From Nitrososphaeria archaeon (GTDB taxonomy: Archaea; Thermoproteota; Nitrososphaeria; Geothermarchaeales; JDFR-13), in NCBI GenBank assembly GCA_027078545.1, contig JALWXN010000004.1:32001-96000 (forward strand): a stretch of DNA of 64,000 bases. The letters run 5' to 3'. The position numbers were made by a program, and so were the translations under genes. Below the pieces are notes generated by a model. That model did no database searches and had not been told where the DNA came from. It was given only the letters and a program-made list of their open reading frames with translations. Shown piece after piece: positions 38,153-48,702 of the stretch; position 1 is the stretch's first letter, and every line of letters starts with the position of its first letter.

Positions 38153-39142
38153 TCAGTCCTCCGGATCAGTCACACCCTTCTCCGTAATGGCGAAGACAGC
38201 CTCACCAGGCGGGTGTTCAGGACTATCTATTATCGAGGCGATCCTCAGATTCGGCCTCTTAGACTTCTTCAGATAAATCCTATACGTCACGGCATGGGCT
38301 ACGACGTGCCCCCCGATAGGCTTGGTGGGATCTCCAAAGATGACGTCTGGCCTCTCCTGAACCTGATTAGTAATAACGACCGCCACATCATAGACCTCCG
38401 CAATCCTGACCAGATCATGCATAAACCTATTTAGAAGCTGCTGCCTCTCACTCAGCCTACCCCTACCTAGATACTCAGCTCTAAAAGGCCCTACAGCACT
38501 ATCTATCGCTATAAAGCCAACATCATACTTCTTGATAAGCTCCGGAAGTTTCTTAACCATGTTGAGAAGGATCACCGTGTTGTAGGGAGTACCCACTATT
38601 ATCCTCTTCAACACTTCGTTCGGATCCAGTCCACGGTGATAGGCGATCTCCGTTATACGGTCGGGGCTAAACGTATTCTCAGTATCGATGTATATAGCAC
38701 CCTTACCAAGCCCACCCTGCTCCTCCGGCAGCTGGACGTTCACAGCGAGGGTGTGGCATATCTGGGTCTTACCACTGCCAAACTCACCATAGAATTCTGT
38801 GACAGCCTGTGTAGCTATGCCACCCTTCAACAGCTCATCCAGGTTGTGGGATCCCGTGGTTATATATTTACGGGCCTTCCTCCGCTCCATAATGTCCGAG
38901 GCAGAGGCGAAGTCTGGCGGAGCTAGACCCAGATCCTTAAGCCTCTCATAAGCCTGGAGAACCAGCTTCTCCGCACGCTCAACAGGAATCCCCGTCAACT
39001 CCGATATGTATATGGGGGAGTAGAGCATCAGATCCTGGATAGTATTTATACCGGCCTCCCTAAGCTTCTTAGCCGTTACATCACCTACTCCCTTAAGACT
39101 AGAGACATCCAACATCTCATCAAACTCGATCTCGCCAGTCAT
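38153..39142 (-). CDS. radA: DNA repair and recombination protein RadA
   Basis: N-terminal HhH, EFYGEFGSGKTQICH, YIDTENTF, FRAEYLGRGRLSERQQ; no intein. Confidence 0.97.
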   Translation of the reverse strand: MTGEIEFDEMLDVSSLKGVGDVTAKKLREAGINTIQDLMLYSPIYISELTGIPVERAEKLVLQAYERLKDLGLAPPDFASASDIMERRKARKYITTGSHNLDELLKGGIATQAVTEFYGEFGSGKTQICHTLAVNVQLPEEQGGLGKGAIYIDTENTFSPDRITEIAYHRGLDPNEVLKRIIVGTPYNTVILLNMVKKLPELIKKYDVGFIAIDSAVGPFRAEYLGRGRLSERQQLLNRFMHDLVRIAEVYDVAVVITNQVQERPDVIFGDPTKPIGGHVVAHAVTYRIYLKKSKRPNLRIASIIDSPEHPPGEAVFAITEKGVTDPED

Positions 39143-39196
39143 CCCAATCCCAGTATAATGTCTATTAGATGAAATAAATGGGGTAGATCAGTGAAA

Positions 39197-40504
39197 CTAT
39201 GGATAAAGCCTGCTTGGGGTCCGTGGAAAGAGTGTGGCATCCCTAACATGGGGCAGCTTCAAGAGCCATCTAAGCAGCCTCTCAACACCCAAGCCAAAGC
39301 CTGAGTGGGGAGGCATCCCAAACCTTCTAAGATCTAGATACCACCCATAATCCTCAGGATCCAGTCCAAACTCAATGATCTTACGCCTAAGAGCCTCGTA
39401 CTCATGGATCCTCTGACCCCCAGAAGTAATTTCTCCATAGCCCTCAGGAGCCATTAGATCAGATGATAGGGTTACCTCGGGTCTAGATGGATCATTCATA
39501 TGATAGAAGCTCCTAGTTAATACGGGGAACCCTGTTACAAAGAAGGGGGTCTCAAACTCCATGCTTAGTACACGCTCCTCATCAGCCCCGAAGTCGTCAC
39601 CCCAGCTAATCTCAACACCCTTGGAGTTGAGAATCTCAATCGCCTCGTCATAAGTTATCCTTGGGAAACGATCGTCATAGACGGGTAGTGGGGACCCCCT
39701 CACAGCCCTAATCTCCTCCTCATAATTCTCAGATAGGAATCTGATGATATGCTTCACCAACTCCTCCTCCACATCCATTATATCATCATGCTCCATGAAG
39801 GCGGCCTCCGCCTCTATATGGAGGAACTCGGTAAGATGCTTCCTAGTCCTAGACTTCTCCGCCCTGAAACTAGGCTGTATAACAAATACCCTCTCAAACA
39901 CACAGATGGCTGCCTCCTCATAGAACTGACTACTCTGGGTGAGATACGCCTCCCTATCGAAATATTTGAGCTTGAATAGCGTAGCACCACCCTCCACAGC
40001 CGCCGTTATAAAGGTGGGCGCGGTTATAAACACGAAATGATTCTCGGTGAAATACTGGAAGGCGGCCCTGACAACACCGTCCCTAATAGCCATAACGGCC
40101 CTACTCTTAGGCCCCCTAATCGTAAGATGCCTCATGTCAAACATGGCTTCAGGCGATTTAGCAACATCCTTGGTTATAGGCCATACATCGGATGGAGCTA
40201 TGACCTCCACTCTATCTACATGTACCTCCGCACCTCTAGGAGCCCTCTCATCCCTCTTAACAATCCCCTCTACATAGACTGCAGACTCAAGATTTAGGCG
40301 CGAGGCTGTGTCAAAAGCCTCTGGCGACCTGGCCTTACTAACCACTAGCTGGATATATCCATACCTATCCCTTAGGGAGAGGAACGCCTTATCCCTATGA
40401 ACCCTCTTGGAGGCTATCCAGCCTAATAACCTAACCGTAGAGCCCTCCTCGAGCCTAGGCACATCCCTCGTAAATGCGTTACGCATTGAGAGAAATCTAC
40501 TCAT
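39197..40504 (-). CDS. asnS: Asparaginyl-tRNA synthetase
   Basis: AYLTQSSQFYEEA (not the AspRS QSPQLYKQ), FRAEKSRTRKHLTEF, APEGYGEI, WYLDLRRFG, PHSGFGLGVER. Confidence 0.85.
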   Translation of the reverse strand: MSRFLSMRNAFTRDVPRLEEGSTVRLLGWIASKRVHRDKAFLSLRDRYGYIQLVVSKARSPEAFDTASRLNLESAVYVEGIVKRDERAPRGAEVHVDRVEVIAPSDVWPITKDVAKSPEAMFDMRHLTIRGPKSRAVMAIRDGVVRAAFQYFTENHFVFITAPTFITAAVEGGATLFKLKYFDREAYLTQSSQFYEEAAICVFERVFVIQPSFRAEKSRTRKHLTEFLHIEAEAAFMEHDDIMDVEEELVKHIIRFLSENYEEEIRAVRGSPLPVYDDRFPRITYDEAIEILNSKGVEISWGDDFGADEERVLSMEFETPFFVTGFPVLTRSFYHMNDPSRPEVTLSSDLMAPEGYGEITSGGQRIHEYEALRRKIIEFGLDPEDYGWYLDLRRFGMPPHSGFGLGVERLLRWLLKLPHVRDATLFPRTPSRLYP

Positions 40505-40510
40505 AGTAAA

Positions 40511-41641
40511 TCAAATTGAGACAGTCTCGATTAAAGCGTTTATAGCACCCTCGATACCACCAGTCTCTAAAGCCACATCCCGTATATCCAAGACCCTAGA
40601 TACATACTCATCCACGTTGTTGACCAGATCAACAACCATCCCTACAACATGATCAGGGTCTAGCGAGAGGGTCTGGTAGGGGACAAGCCTACCTATACCT
40701 AGCCTCTCTACTGAGAGACCATTATTCTCCTGCTCGGTCTGTCTTGGAGCAGGGGAGACTAGCATGGGTACACCCGACATTATAGACTCTAAGATAGCAG
40801 TCTGTCCACCCCTCAGAAAGACGGCCCTACTCCTCCTAATATATTCCAACGCGTCTGGAACCCAACCCAACATCCTCACTCCATCATAGGCCCCCTTCAA
40901 CCTACTATCCCCGATCACTACAATATTGAGACCCCTACTCCTCAACCGCTTCACCAATCTCAGGATTGAGACCATATATCTAACCCTATCCCCTGAAGGA
41001 GCGCTAACTACTATAGTCAGATCTATGTCCCTCTGGCCAATAGGCACGACACTATACCTGGTTAGGTCGTCAAGGAGCCCCGTAAACACTACACGCTCCC
41101 TAAACATGTGTAGGAAGGGCACTATTGTCCCGTATGATATAGTGTAGGGAGGGGGGAGATCAGTGACTAATATTTTTTCGGCCAAGCCCCATATCTTATT
41201 AAACAATTTCGATACGATACGCCTCGACATCCAGTTAAGAGTGAAGATGGATAGCTGATTCGTTATCAAGACACTGGGGACGCCGAGGTATGACGAGGCT
41301 ACCAAGGTAGATGGGCGGGAATCCGAGATAACCAGATCGGGTGAGAACTCCTTGATACACTCCACCTCCTCCACAATCCTCTTTACAGCCAGTCTACCAC
41401 TGAAGAGGGAATAGACAATAGTAGCGCCCCAGTCCAGCCCCTTATCACTCCATGCATAGTCATAACCATATACCTGATGTACCCTCTCCTCCCCCAGATA
41501 CTTCCTAAGCACCTCCACCCCGTCTCCATAGGAAGATGTTAAGACGTCGATACCCAGATCGAGGAGCCGTCTAGCGAGGCGGGACGACCTCATCGCATGA
41601 CCTCTACCAACACCACTCACACCTATGTAGACACGCTTCAT
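40511..41641 (-). CDS. GT28/MurG-like glycosyltransferase
   Basis: GVGRGHAMRS, PDLVISDS, RGGQTAILES, QTEQENNG. Confidence 0.8.
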   Translation of the reverse strand: MKRVYIGVSGVGRGHAMRSSRLARRLLDLGIDVLTSSYGDGVEVLRKYLGEERVHQVYGYDYAWSDKGLDWGATIVYSLFSGRLAVKRIVEEVECIKEFSPDLVISDSRPSTLVASSYLGVPSVLITNQLSIFTLNWMSRRIVSKLFNKIWGLAEKILVTDLPPPYTISYGTIVPFLHMFRERVVFTGLLDDLTRYSVVPIGQRDIDLTIVVSAPSGDRVRYMVSILRLVKRLRSRGLNIVVIGDSRLKGAYDGVRMLGWVPDALEYIRRSRAVFLRGGQTAILESIMSGVPMLVSPAPRQTEQENNGLSVERLGIGRLVPYQTLSLDPDHVVGMVVDLVNNVDEYVSRVLDIRDVALETGGIEGAINALIETVSI

Positions 41642-42303
41642 ACCAACACCTTCTCCACGACCTTCCCCCTAGGCTCAACCTCCTCAAATACCTGGGCCTG
41701 GAAGACGTATATCCTAGCCTTTCTATCCAGCCATACATCGGGTGTAAGCCCAGCCTTCATAGCTAGATGAGAGAGATACTCCTCAGGCGACCAACCAAAC
41801 TCAACCGGGACCTGTGGAAGTAGGAGGGCTGAATAAGGCCCATATTCCAGGATCAACCCATCCCTACCTATCCTAATCATGGAGGGCAACTCCAAGGGAT
41901 TCCTTGGAGATAGGAGGCGGGGAGGGGTTAAGACCGACACTTCAAAGACAACATTATCCAGCTCATCCCTAGACATGGGCTCAAACCTGGGATCATTGAA
42001 GGCTGAGCTTAGAGCACTCTTAACCACGGCCTCACACAGGGGCATAGGTGCATCGACATATCCTATACAACCACGGAGCTCATGGGATGGATAGAGATAT
42101 ATAGAGGTGAAAACGCCCCTCTTAACCTTGAACCTCTCATAACTACAAGCCTCCTTATAAAGATCAGAACTCCTCAGATCCATACCATCAAAACTATACT
42201 CTACGGCCTGCCTAGCAAGGGCCACAAGCTTAGCTCCCTCCTCCAATGAATATCGAGTATCATCCCCACTCATAGACCTACCCACACCCCTCCCACCACA
42301 CAA
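41638..42303 (-). CDS. AMMECR1-domain protein
   Basis: RGVFTS...LRGCIG, AFNDPRF, EVSVLTPP, LLLPQVPVE. Confidence 0.93.
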   Translation of the reverse strand: MCGGRGVGRSMSGDDTRYSLEEGAKLVALARQAVEYSFDGMDLRSSDLYKEACSYERFKVKRGVFTSIYLYPSHELRGCIGYVDAPMPLCEAVVKSALSSAFNDPRFEPMSRDELDNVVFEVSVLTPPRLLSPRNPLELPSMIRIGRDGLILEYGPYSALLLPQVPVEFGWSPEEYLSHLAMKAGLTPDVWLDRKARIYVFQAQVFEEVEPRGKVVEKVLV

Positions 42304-42358
42304 GATTGGATAACAATAGCTGGTTTAAACCTTGAGAGGCTGAATAGAGTCTAGTGAG

Positions 42359-43435
42359 ATGGGAGGCATATTCCGGGAAGAAGGGGCGACCGTATTCAGC
42401 ATCGACTATGTACCGGAGAAGACTCCCCACAGAGAGGAAAACATAGAGGAGCTTGGCGGATACCTAGTCACCACATTCGAGAGAGGCGACTTCAGACCCC
42501 CAATATTGATAGGGCCATCGGGTACCGGAAAGACACTAGTAGTGATAAAATCACTGGAGATGCTTAGAAACAACCCCATGTACGGGCCACATATCATCAC
42601 AAACATAGTAAACACGATGATCACTAACAGCACATACGCAGTTATCAAGAACATAGTGTCACTGCTCTCACCCGTCCCAGAACGGGGTCTATCCATCTCC
42701 GACCTATTGAAAAGGCTAGAGAGTGAGCTCGTCGCCACAGGGCGTAAATACGTAGTGTGTCTAGACGACGCTGACGATATAATTAGGAGGGACAAGGGGA
42801 GGATAGTCTATCTCCTCACCAGGATCAACGAGGCTATTGGAGAGGATCTTATCTACCCTATCTTCGTGGTTAGAGACTACAAGACAATCCTAGCTCTACC
42901 CGATTATATCAAGAGCAAGGTTGGAGGCCTAATGATGAAGTTTAGTCCCTACACCCGAGACCAGCTTAAAGACATCATCGCTGAGAGGATAGAGAAGGGT
43001 CTGAAGCCCGAAGCTATAACAAGCAATGCGATAGAAACAGCAGCGATAATATCGGAGAGGATCTACGGTGGAAACGCTAGGGAAATGATAAACCTGATAT
43101 ACAGATCCGCGATCTATGCAGAGAAGATCGATGCCCCCTATATAGATGCGGAGATAGTTAGGGAGACCTTCTACTACACCTTCTACAACAACATAGTAGA
43201 GCCGCTTGGATACCCCCACAGAGAGGTGATGAAGATACTCACCCTGACAGTGGACAGAGACAGATATATAGTGACAGATAACGATGTTGAGGAGATCCAC
43301 TCAAGGGTCATGGACCAGGGCCTAACATACATACATGTGAGAAAGATACTGACTGACCTGGCTGAGAAACACGGATATCTACTCCTCGAGGACGATTTTA
43401 AGCATGTTTTCATTCCACGCAGAATATTCCAGTAG
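42359..43435 (+). CDS. cdc6: Cdc6/Orc1-family AAA+ ATPase (divergent)
   Basis: DYVPEKTPHREE, GPSGTGKT, VCLDDAD, FSPYTRDQLKDII, GNAREMINL. Confidence 0.8.
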   Translation: MGGIFREEGATVFSIDYVPEKTPHREENIEELGGYLVTTFERGDFRPPILIGPSGTGKTLVVIKSLEMLRNNPMYGPHIITNIVNTMITNSTYAVIKNIVSLLSPVPERGLSISDLLKRLESELVATGRKYVVCLDDADDIIRRDKGRIVYLLTRINEAIGEDLIYPIFVVRDYKTILALPDYIKSKVGGLMMKFSPYTRDQLKDIIAERIEKGLKPEAITSNAIETAAIISERIYGGNAREMINLIYRSAIYAEKIDAPYIDAEIVRETFYYTFYNNIVEPLGYPHREVMKILTLTVDRDRYIVTDNDVEEIHSRVMDQGLTYIHVRKILTDLAEKHGYLLLEDDFKHVFIPRRIFQ

Positions 43436-43521
43436 GAATACACCTAAGAATACTGGGAATACTTTCACTCACCCCCCTAGACAGGTACACCCCATGATAC
43501 GGGAGAAAGCTGCAGGTTTAA

Positions 43522-43860
43522 ATGGGGATATCGATGCCACGACTACTACTTCTAGTTCCTCATGGCCAGAGAGACACATATAGGGTTAGGGAGCTTAATA
43601 GGATAGTCGCTGAGGAGGCGGCTGCACTAGGCATAGACTATGAGGTCGTCGAGACAGACACTAGGGAACCCGCAATATATATTGAGGACAGCAGATCCGA
43701 CACAACACTATACATAGATGAGGATGGCGAGGAGTCAGAGGAGACCATCAGGATGATGATAAGAGTACTTGCTACGATAGCGATATCCATGGACAGCAGA
43801 GAGGCGAGGGAGACAGTATCTCCATACATTGGGGTTGAGGAAGAAATTAGGAGGAGATAA
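43522..43860 (+). CDS. Hypothetical acidic protein
   Basis: ORF fills the gap between cdc6 and tRNA-Pro; start may be ATG at 43534. Confidence 0.55.
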   Translation: MGISMPRLLLLVPHGQRDTYRVRELNRIVAEEAAALGIDYEVVETDTREPAIYIEDSRSDTTLYIDEDGEESEETIRMMIRVLATIAISMDSREARETVSPYIGVEEEIRRR

Positions 43861-43870
43861 CCACCGGACT

Positions 43871-43963
<93 letters not shown>

Positions 43964-43977
43964 TAATCCCACTAGAC

Positions 43978-44784
43978 TTATTCCGGAGAGAATCTTAAAA
44001 GCTTTCCTAGCAGATCCTCGAAATCCTCCCTACTCATCCCGAGGGAATACTTTCTCAAGAGGCTTATTACCCCTCCCCTATCCATCCCTAATAGGTCTAG
44101 GATATAGTCGGAAGCTGGGGACCTCACCAACACCGCCTGAGCTACAGAGGTGAAGTTATGCGGCTTCCTAGTCATGGAGGCATACTCAAAATCGATAAAC
44201 ACTGGGTCATAGTCATCACTCCTAATGATTACATGATCCTGTGGGCGGGACAGCTCACCATGATCCACACCAATACTGTCCAGCAGATACGCCTTGGTAA
44301 ACAGTAGCCGTAGAAAGCTGAGAAGCTCATCCCTATCTAATAGATATATCTGGCTAGCGAGGAACTCCCCCATCTTGAAGCCCACTATATACTCCATCAG
44401 GATAAGCCAATCCAATGACTCCACCAGGCGGGGCGATACCTTATACTCACCTATCTTCTCCTCAATATAGCGTAGGATGCGGGCCTCCTGAGCCAAATCC
44501 TTATCACCGACATCAGTTCTAAGAATCTTAGCAACCGTAGGCTCCCCCCTATACGAAACAAGGAGAACCAGTGAAGACCCGCCCTTACCCAGTATTTTGA
44601 CACCATATACCTCGGTGTCTCCCCATAGGACGATTTTATCCACCCCTATAGACTGCAGAGCCTCTAATCTCGACATAGCCAGCTCAACATCCCTAGAAGG
44701 GTATACCAAGAGAAGAAGTATCCTCTCATACTTGTCGGGACCATTCAGAATATCCTCAACGGACACTATACCAGAAAACGCCAT
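43978..44784 (-). CDS. RIO-like Ser/Thr protein kinase
   Basis: LGKGGSSLV, VAKIL, GVDHGELSRP, FIDFEYAS; overlaps the cca stop. Confidence 0.85.
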   Translation of the reverse strand: MAFSGIVSVEDILNGPDKYERILLLLVYPSRDVELAMSRLEALQSIGVDKIVLWGDTEVYGVKILGKGGSSLVLLVSYRGEPTVAKILRTDVGDKDLAQEARILRYIEEKIGEYKVSPRLVESLDWLILMEYIVGFKMGEFLASQIYLLDRDELLSFLRLLFTKAYLLDSIGVDHGELSRPQDHVIIRSDDYDPVFIDFEYASMTRKPHNFTSVAQAVLVRSPASDYILDLLGMDRGGVISLLRKYSLGMSREDFEDLLGKLLRFSPE

Positions 44785-46157
44785 TCAACATCGCCCTTCA
44801 AGATGTCAATATACATTCTATAGAGCTTTGGTGCAGCCCTGATAGCCCCCAGATCTCTGGGCAATACATAGATATTGGTGAGTTCTACATCCCCAGGCAC
44901 ACGTACCTCTTTATTCCCCAAGACATCCGACACGACCCTCTCAGCCGAGGTATACCTCCTAGGCTTCAAGGAGTACCACCGTCCATCCTCACCCATCCAC
45001 ACTATATTCCTAACGTTCCCCCTGAGGAAACCCGTATCATCATGTCTATACGGTATGGGACCCTTAGACAAGGATAGGGACGACACCTCCACGGATTCGA
45101 GTATAAGCACTATGAGAGTGTCCGAAACATAATCGCTCTCAAGACCCACTCTATAAATATCGAACCCATGCATCCTCAGCACGTTGGCCAACTTCCTACC
45201 TAGTCTATACATCTGGGGGTAATGGATATCCTCCACCCGCTCCCCATGGGTGAAGTGGAGTACCAATGCATTTACATCTCCAACCAGAGGCTCCGGGTCG
45301 AAAACATCCTCTAGCCTCCTGTCTAGTATGGATGGATCTCTAATCAGGTGTTTAGCCCCTGACACCGCCAGCGAGAAACGTTTCCATGTCAGGGCAGAGG
45401 CTACATTCCGCCCCCTATCCACAGGGTCTACAAATATTAGTGGAGACCTCTCCCCAAAGACCTTTACTACCTCCTCCCGATCCCTGTAGACGCCTAGCCA
45501 ATCTATAACCACGGGAGGAACCCATCTAGCCATCTGTCTAATCGTGTTTATAACGCCTCCGTAGTAGAGTACGAGGAGCTCAGTCAGATACCCGGAGAAC
45601 CCACCAGTCTTGGCTTCAGAGCCATATACACCGAGCCTACGAAGAATGTATTTCAACGCAACGGCGTCGCAACGGTATTTTAAGATGCCCCTACTGATCA
45701 GGAACTCGTTATGGTAGTAGGACCTATCAACGGGGCTCTTCCAGTCCGGATAACTGGTTCTAAAGGCGGGTACAATGTTGTACTTGAAAGACTCACCATC
45801 ATCTACGATGACCTCTAGATAAGGATGATCCGCGTACCGTCTCCTTATCTCTACATCCCTATCTAGAGCCTTCTCCAACACCTCCTCTAGATAGTCCACC
45901 ACCTCTCTAGGATCCACATCATCCCTAAACAGGATGAAGACATCAGCATCAAACTCATCCTTTACATATGTACCCCTAGCCACAGAGCCTAGCAGGACAA
46001 CATCGTCTCGACCAACACCATACCTGGTTCTGAGGAGACTATATATGGTCTCTATTATCGACTCTACCTTAGCCCTGGCCAGCCCCCACTCATCTTCACT
46101 GGGACATTTATCCCTGATTATCCTATCCACCAACGACTCTAGGCTCTCCGGGCTCAC
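44766..46157 (-). CDS. cca: CCA-adding enzyme (class I)
   Basis: LLGSVARGTYVKDEFDADVF, YADHPY, VDRSYYH, GGFSGYLTELL, DPVDRGRNVASA. Confidence 0.95.
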   Translation of the reverse strand: MSPESLESLVDRIIRDKCPSEDEWGLARAKVESIIETIYSLLRTRYGVGRDDVVLLGSVARGTYVKDEFDADVFILFRDDVDPREVVDYLEEVLEKALDRDVEIRRRYADHPYLEVIVDDGESFKYNIVPAFRTSYPDWKSPVDRSYYHNEFLISRGILKYRCDAVALKYILRRLGVYGSEAKTGGFSGYLTELLVLYYGGVINTIRQMARWVPPVVIDWLGVYRDREEVVKVFGERSPLIFVDPVDRGRNVASALTWKRFSLAVSGAKHLIRDPSILDRRLEDVFDPEPLVGDVNALVLHFTHGERVEDIHYPQMYRLGRKLANVLRMHGFDIYRVGLESDYVSDTLIVLILESVEVSSLSLSKGPIPYRHDDTGFLRGNVRNIVWMGEDGRWYSLKPRRYTSAERVVSDVLGNKEVRVPGDVELTNIYVLPRDLGAIRAAPKLYRMYIDILKGDVEWRFLV

Positions 46158-46166
46158 CTAATAGTG

Positions 46167-46712
46167 TCACCCCAGTGGAAACTCCTTCACAGTCTTATAG
46201 ATAGGGCCCCTAGGGGTCAGGATACTGCTTTTGAGCCTGAAGTTCCTGATCTCCAGTGTCTCACCAACATTTATCGACGAAAGGAGGTCTATATCTCTGG
46301 GCCCCAGCCTAGTATACTGCTTGATCCTAGCCACAGTAATATGAGGCTTGAAGGGCTTCCTATCCTCCTGCCCAATTCCCCTTAGTACACTCGCCACCTG
46401 TCTCTGTAGAGTCACCAGGTTCTCATCTGGGTCAACCTCTATAAACACTACACGCGGCCTATCCAAGCTGGGAAACGCCCCAACACCTCCAACACGTATC
46501 CTACAGACACCAGCCCTAACCCTTGATAGTCTATCCACAATCTCCTCAGTTAGAGAATCATCAACCTCACCAATGAACCTCAGAGTTATGTGGAGCAGAG
46601 AGGGATCCACATAAGTAGCCCTAACACCCAGCCTCCTTATCACCTCCTGGGCCTGAAGCACCTTCTTAGCCACTCTCTCCGACTCTATATCAAGAGCCAC
46701 GAATAGCCTCAT
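46167..46712 (-). CDS. thpR: RNA 2',3'-cyclic phosphodiesterase (2H family)
   Basis: MRLFVALD, LHITLRFIG, FKPHITVAR, SILTPRGPIY. Confidence 0.95.
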   Translation of the reverse strand: MRLFVALDIESERVAKKVLQAQEVIRRLGVRATYVDPSLLHITLRFIGEVDDSLTEEIVDRLSRVRAGVCRIRVGGVGAFPSLDRPRVVFIEVDPDENLVTLQRQVASVLRGIGQEDRKPFKPHITVARIKQYTRLGPRDIDLLSSINVGETLEIRNFRLKSSILTPRGPIYKTVKEFPLG

Positions 46713-46765
46713 CCCAAACCCTCAATATCTTATAAAGACGTGATAAATCTCTATAGAGGAGCGAG

Positions 46766-47365
46766 ATGAGCAGACTAGTCGTATGTATCTCAGGATATCC
46801 AGGATCGGGCAAGAGCATATTCGCTAATATGGCTAGGGAGCTCGGAATACCCATCTATACAATGGGAGACGTTGTTAGAGAGGAGGCTAGACGCATATAT
46901 GGAAGGATAGATCCTGAGACTGTGGCCAAGACTTCCCAAGAGATTCGTAGAAGGATGGGGAGGGGTGCTGTAGCCCAGCTACTAGCTCAGAAGATAGACT
47001 CCTCCAACCACGAGATTGTTGTAGTAGATGGTGTGAGGAGCCCCGACGAGGTAGAGGCGTTGTCAACCATAGGGAGAATAATCATCATAACACTGATTGC
47101 AAGTAGGCGTACACGCTTCGAGAGGCTTATAAAACGTGGACGGATAGACGACAAGCCTACATATGAAAACCTGCTTGAGAGGGAGGAGAGAGAGAGGTCA
47201 TTCGGACTAGATAAGGTTATCGAGGCGGCGGACCTATACATTTATAATGAGGACATAAACCTGGAGGAATTGAAGAGACTAGCCAAGAATTTTTTCCAGG
47301 AGATCAGTGGAGTGGGGAGAGATGAAGAAAAGAGAGAGAATAGACCTGTACAAAGAGAAGGCTAG
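46766..47365 (+). CDS. UPF0200 P-loop kinase (dephospho-CoA kinase-like)
   Basis: SGYPGSGKS, MGDVVREEA, VDGVRSPDEV, RGRIDD. Confidence 0.85.
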   Translation: MSRLVVCISGYPGSGKSIFANMARELGIPIYTMGDVVREEARRIYGRIDPETVAKTSQEIRRRMGRGAVAQLLAQKIDSSNHEIVVVDGVRSPDEVEALSTIGRIIIITLIASRRTRFERLIKRGRIDDKPTYENLLEREERERSFGLDKVIEAADLYIYNEDINLEELKRLAKNFFQEISGVGRDEEKRENRPVQREG

Positions 47366-47768
47366 GATCGACGAGATCCTCCGAAGCGCAGAGATAATCG
47401 CTAAGACACCCCTACTCCCATGCGAGGATGAGGAGAAGGTGGCTAGAGCACTTAGAAACATAGTAGACGGAGAGATTAAGAAGGAGGAATATGGTGATAG
47501 GACATACTTGGTAGCAAGGTCTAAAGGAAGCTCAGACGTAGAGAAACTATTCAACTACTTTAGGAGTAAACAGGTTCTCGCCACTCTGAGGAGGATACTT
47601 AAGAAGTACTCCAGCCAAGAAGAGATAGTCATCTATCTCCATAAACAGGCGGCCTATGTAGGCGCATACTCCATAGCAGAGCCTGGAGAGTCTCCTGGAG
47701 GCGAGATAATAGTCACCATAAAGGTTGAAGACCCCAGTAGCGTCATATCAGCCCTCACCAGATTCTAA
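47322..47768 (+). CDS. UPF0201 (DUF54) putative RNA-binding protein
   Basis: EDEEKVARALRNI, YLHKQAAYVG, ESPGGEIIVTI. Confidence 0.85.
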   Translation: MKKRERIDLYKEKARIDEILRSAEIIAKTPLLPCEDEEKVARALRNIVDGEIKKEEYGDRTYLVARSKGSSDVEKLFNYFRSKQVLATLRRILKKYSSQEEIVIYLHKQAAYVGAYSIAEPGESPGGEIIVTIKVEDPSSVISALTRF

Positions 47769-48695
47769 GACGTGTGGAGAGCGCTTTACATATGGTATCA
47801 CGAGACTATCCAGATCCTTAGCCGAAAACGTGGCTGGAAAAATCTTCCTAGCCTCACTAACTAGGGGAGATACATCCCTATACCTAGCGCTGAAATGCGT
47901 AAGAACCAGGATCTTCACATCAGCCTCCCTAGCTATCTCCGCTGCCTGGATAGCTGTCGTGTGCTTGGTCAATAAAGCCCTATCCCTCAGCTCATCGAGA
48001 AATGTGGATTCATGTATAAGCACATCAGCATCCCTCGACAGCTCAACTACCTTTTCATGGGGCATGGTGTCTCCCGAGACTACTATACTCCTCCTATGCA
48101 CAGCACCCTCAATAATATAGTCCTTCGCCCGATATAGACGCCCATCAATAGTTACATCACGCCCCTCAGCCAAGGATCTCCAGGCAGTCTTTGGAACCCC
48201 GTCCCTAACAGCCCTATATACATCGAAACTCCAAGACCGTATCTTCTCCTCAAACCTGTAGGAGAAGGACCATGATGTATGGCTATTCCTGACAGCCCTA
48301 ACCACATATTCGCCATAGTCGAAGACTGCCCCATCATATACAGAGTTGTACTCTAGTTCGAAGGGAAGATCATTCTCAATATACTCAATGAAATAGTCGA
48401 TGAGTGTGAAGAGCTTAGGAGGGCCATGGATAGATACACGGCTAGTCCTCTTGAAGAGTGATAGGGTCTGTAAAGCTGGGAAGAGGCCTAAGATATGATC
48501 ACCATGTATATGCGTTATAAATATCCTTATAGTCTTCCCAAACCCGAGGCCCGCATTAAACAGCTGCCTCTGTGTACCCTCCCCAAAATCAAAAAATATG
48601 GATTCACCCTTCCTCCTCACCAGTATCGAGGAGACGTTCCTCTCAGCCGTCGGGACACCAGCCGAGGTGCCTAGAAACCTGACCTCTATGTCCAA
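47748..48695 (-). CDS. rnz: Ribonuclease Z
   Basis: FLGTSAGVPTAERN, DFGEGTQRQ, THIHGDHILG, SGDT, HEST, LTHFSARY. Confidence 0.96.
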   Translation of the reverse strand: MDIEVRFLGTSAGVPTAERNVSSILVRRKGESIFFDFGEGTQRQLFNAGLGFGKTIRIFITHIHGDHILGLFPALQTLSLFKRTSRVSIHGPPKLFTLIDYFIEYIENDLPFELEYNSVYDGAVFDYGEYVVRAVRNSHTSWSFSYRFEEKIRSWSFDVYRAVRDGVPKTAWRSLAEGRDVTIDGRLYRAKDYIIEGAVHRRSIVVSGDTMPHEKVVELSRDADVLIHESTFLDELRDRALLTKHTTAIQAAEIAREADVKILVLTHFSARYRDVSPLVSEARKIFPATFSAKDLDSLVIPYVKRSPHVLESGEG

Positions 48696-48702
48696 CGGCT
48701 CC

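Noticed and set aside
39197-40504. Call as aspartyl-tRNA synthetase
   Set aside because: Lacks the AspRS QSPQLYKQ motif; TQSSQFYEEA and WYLDLRRFG fit AsnRS better.
42304-42358. Replication origin upstream of cdc6
   Set aside because: Short intergenic region with no ORB repeats or AT-rich unwinding element.
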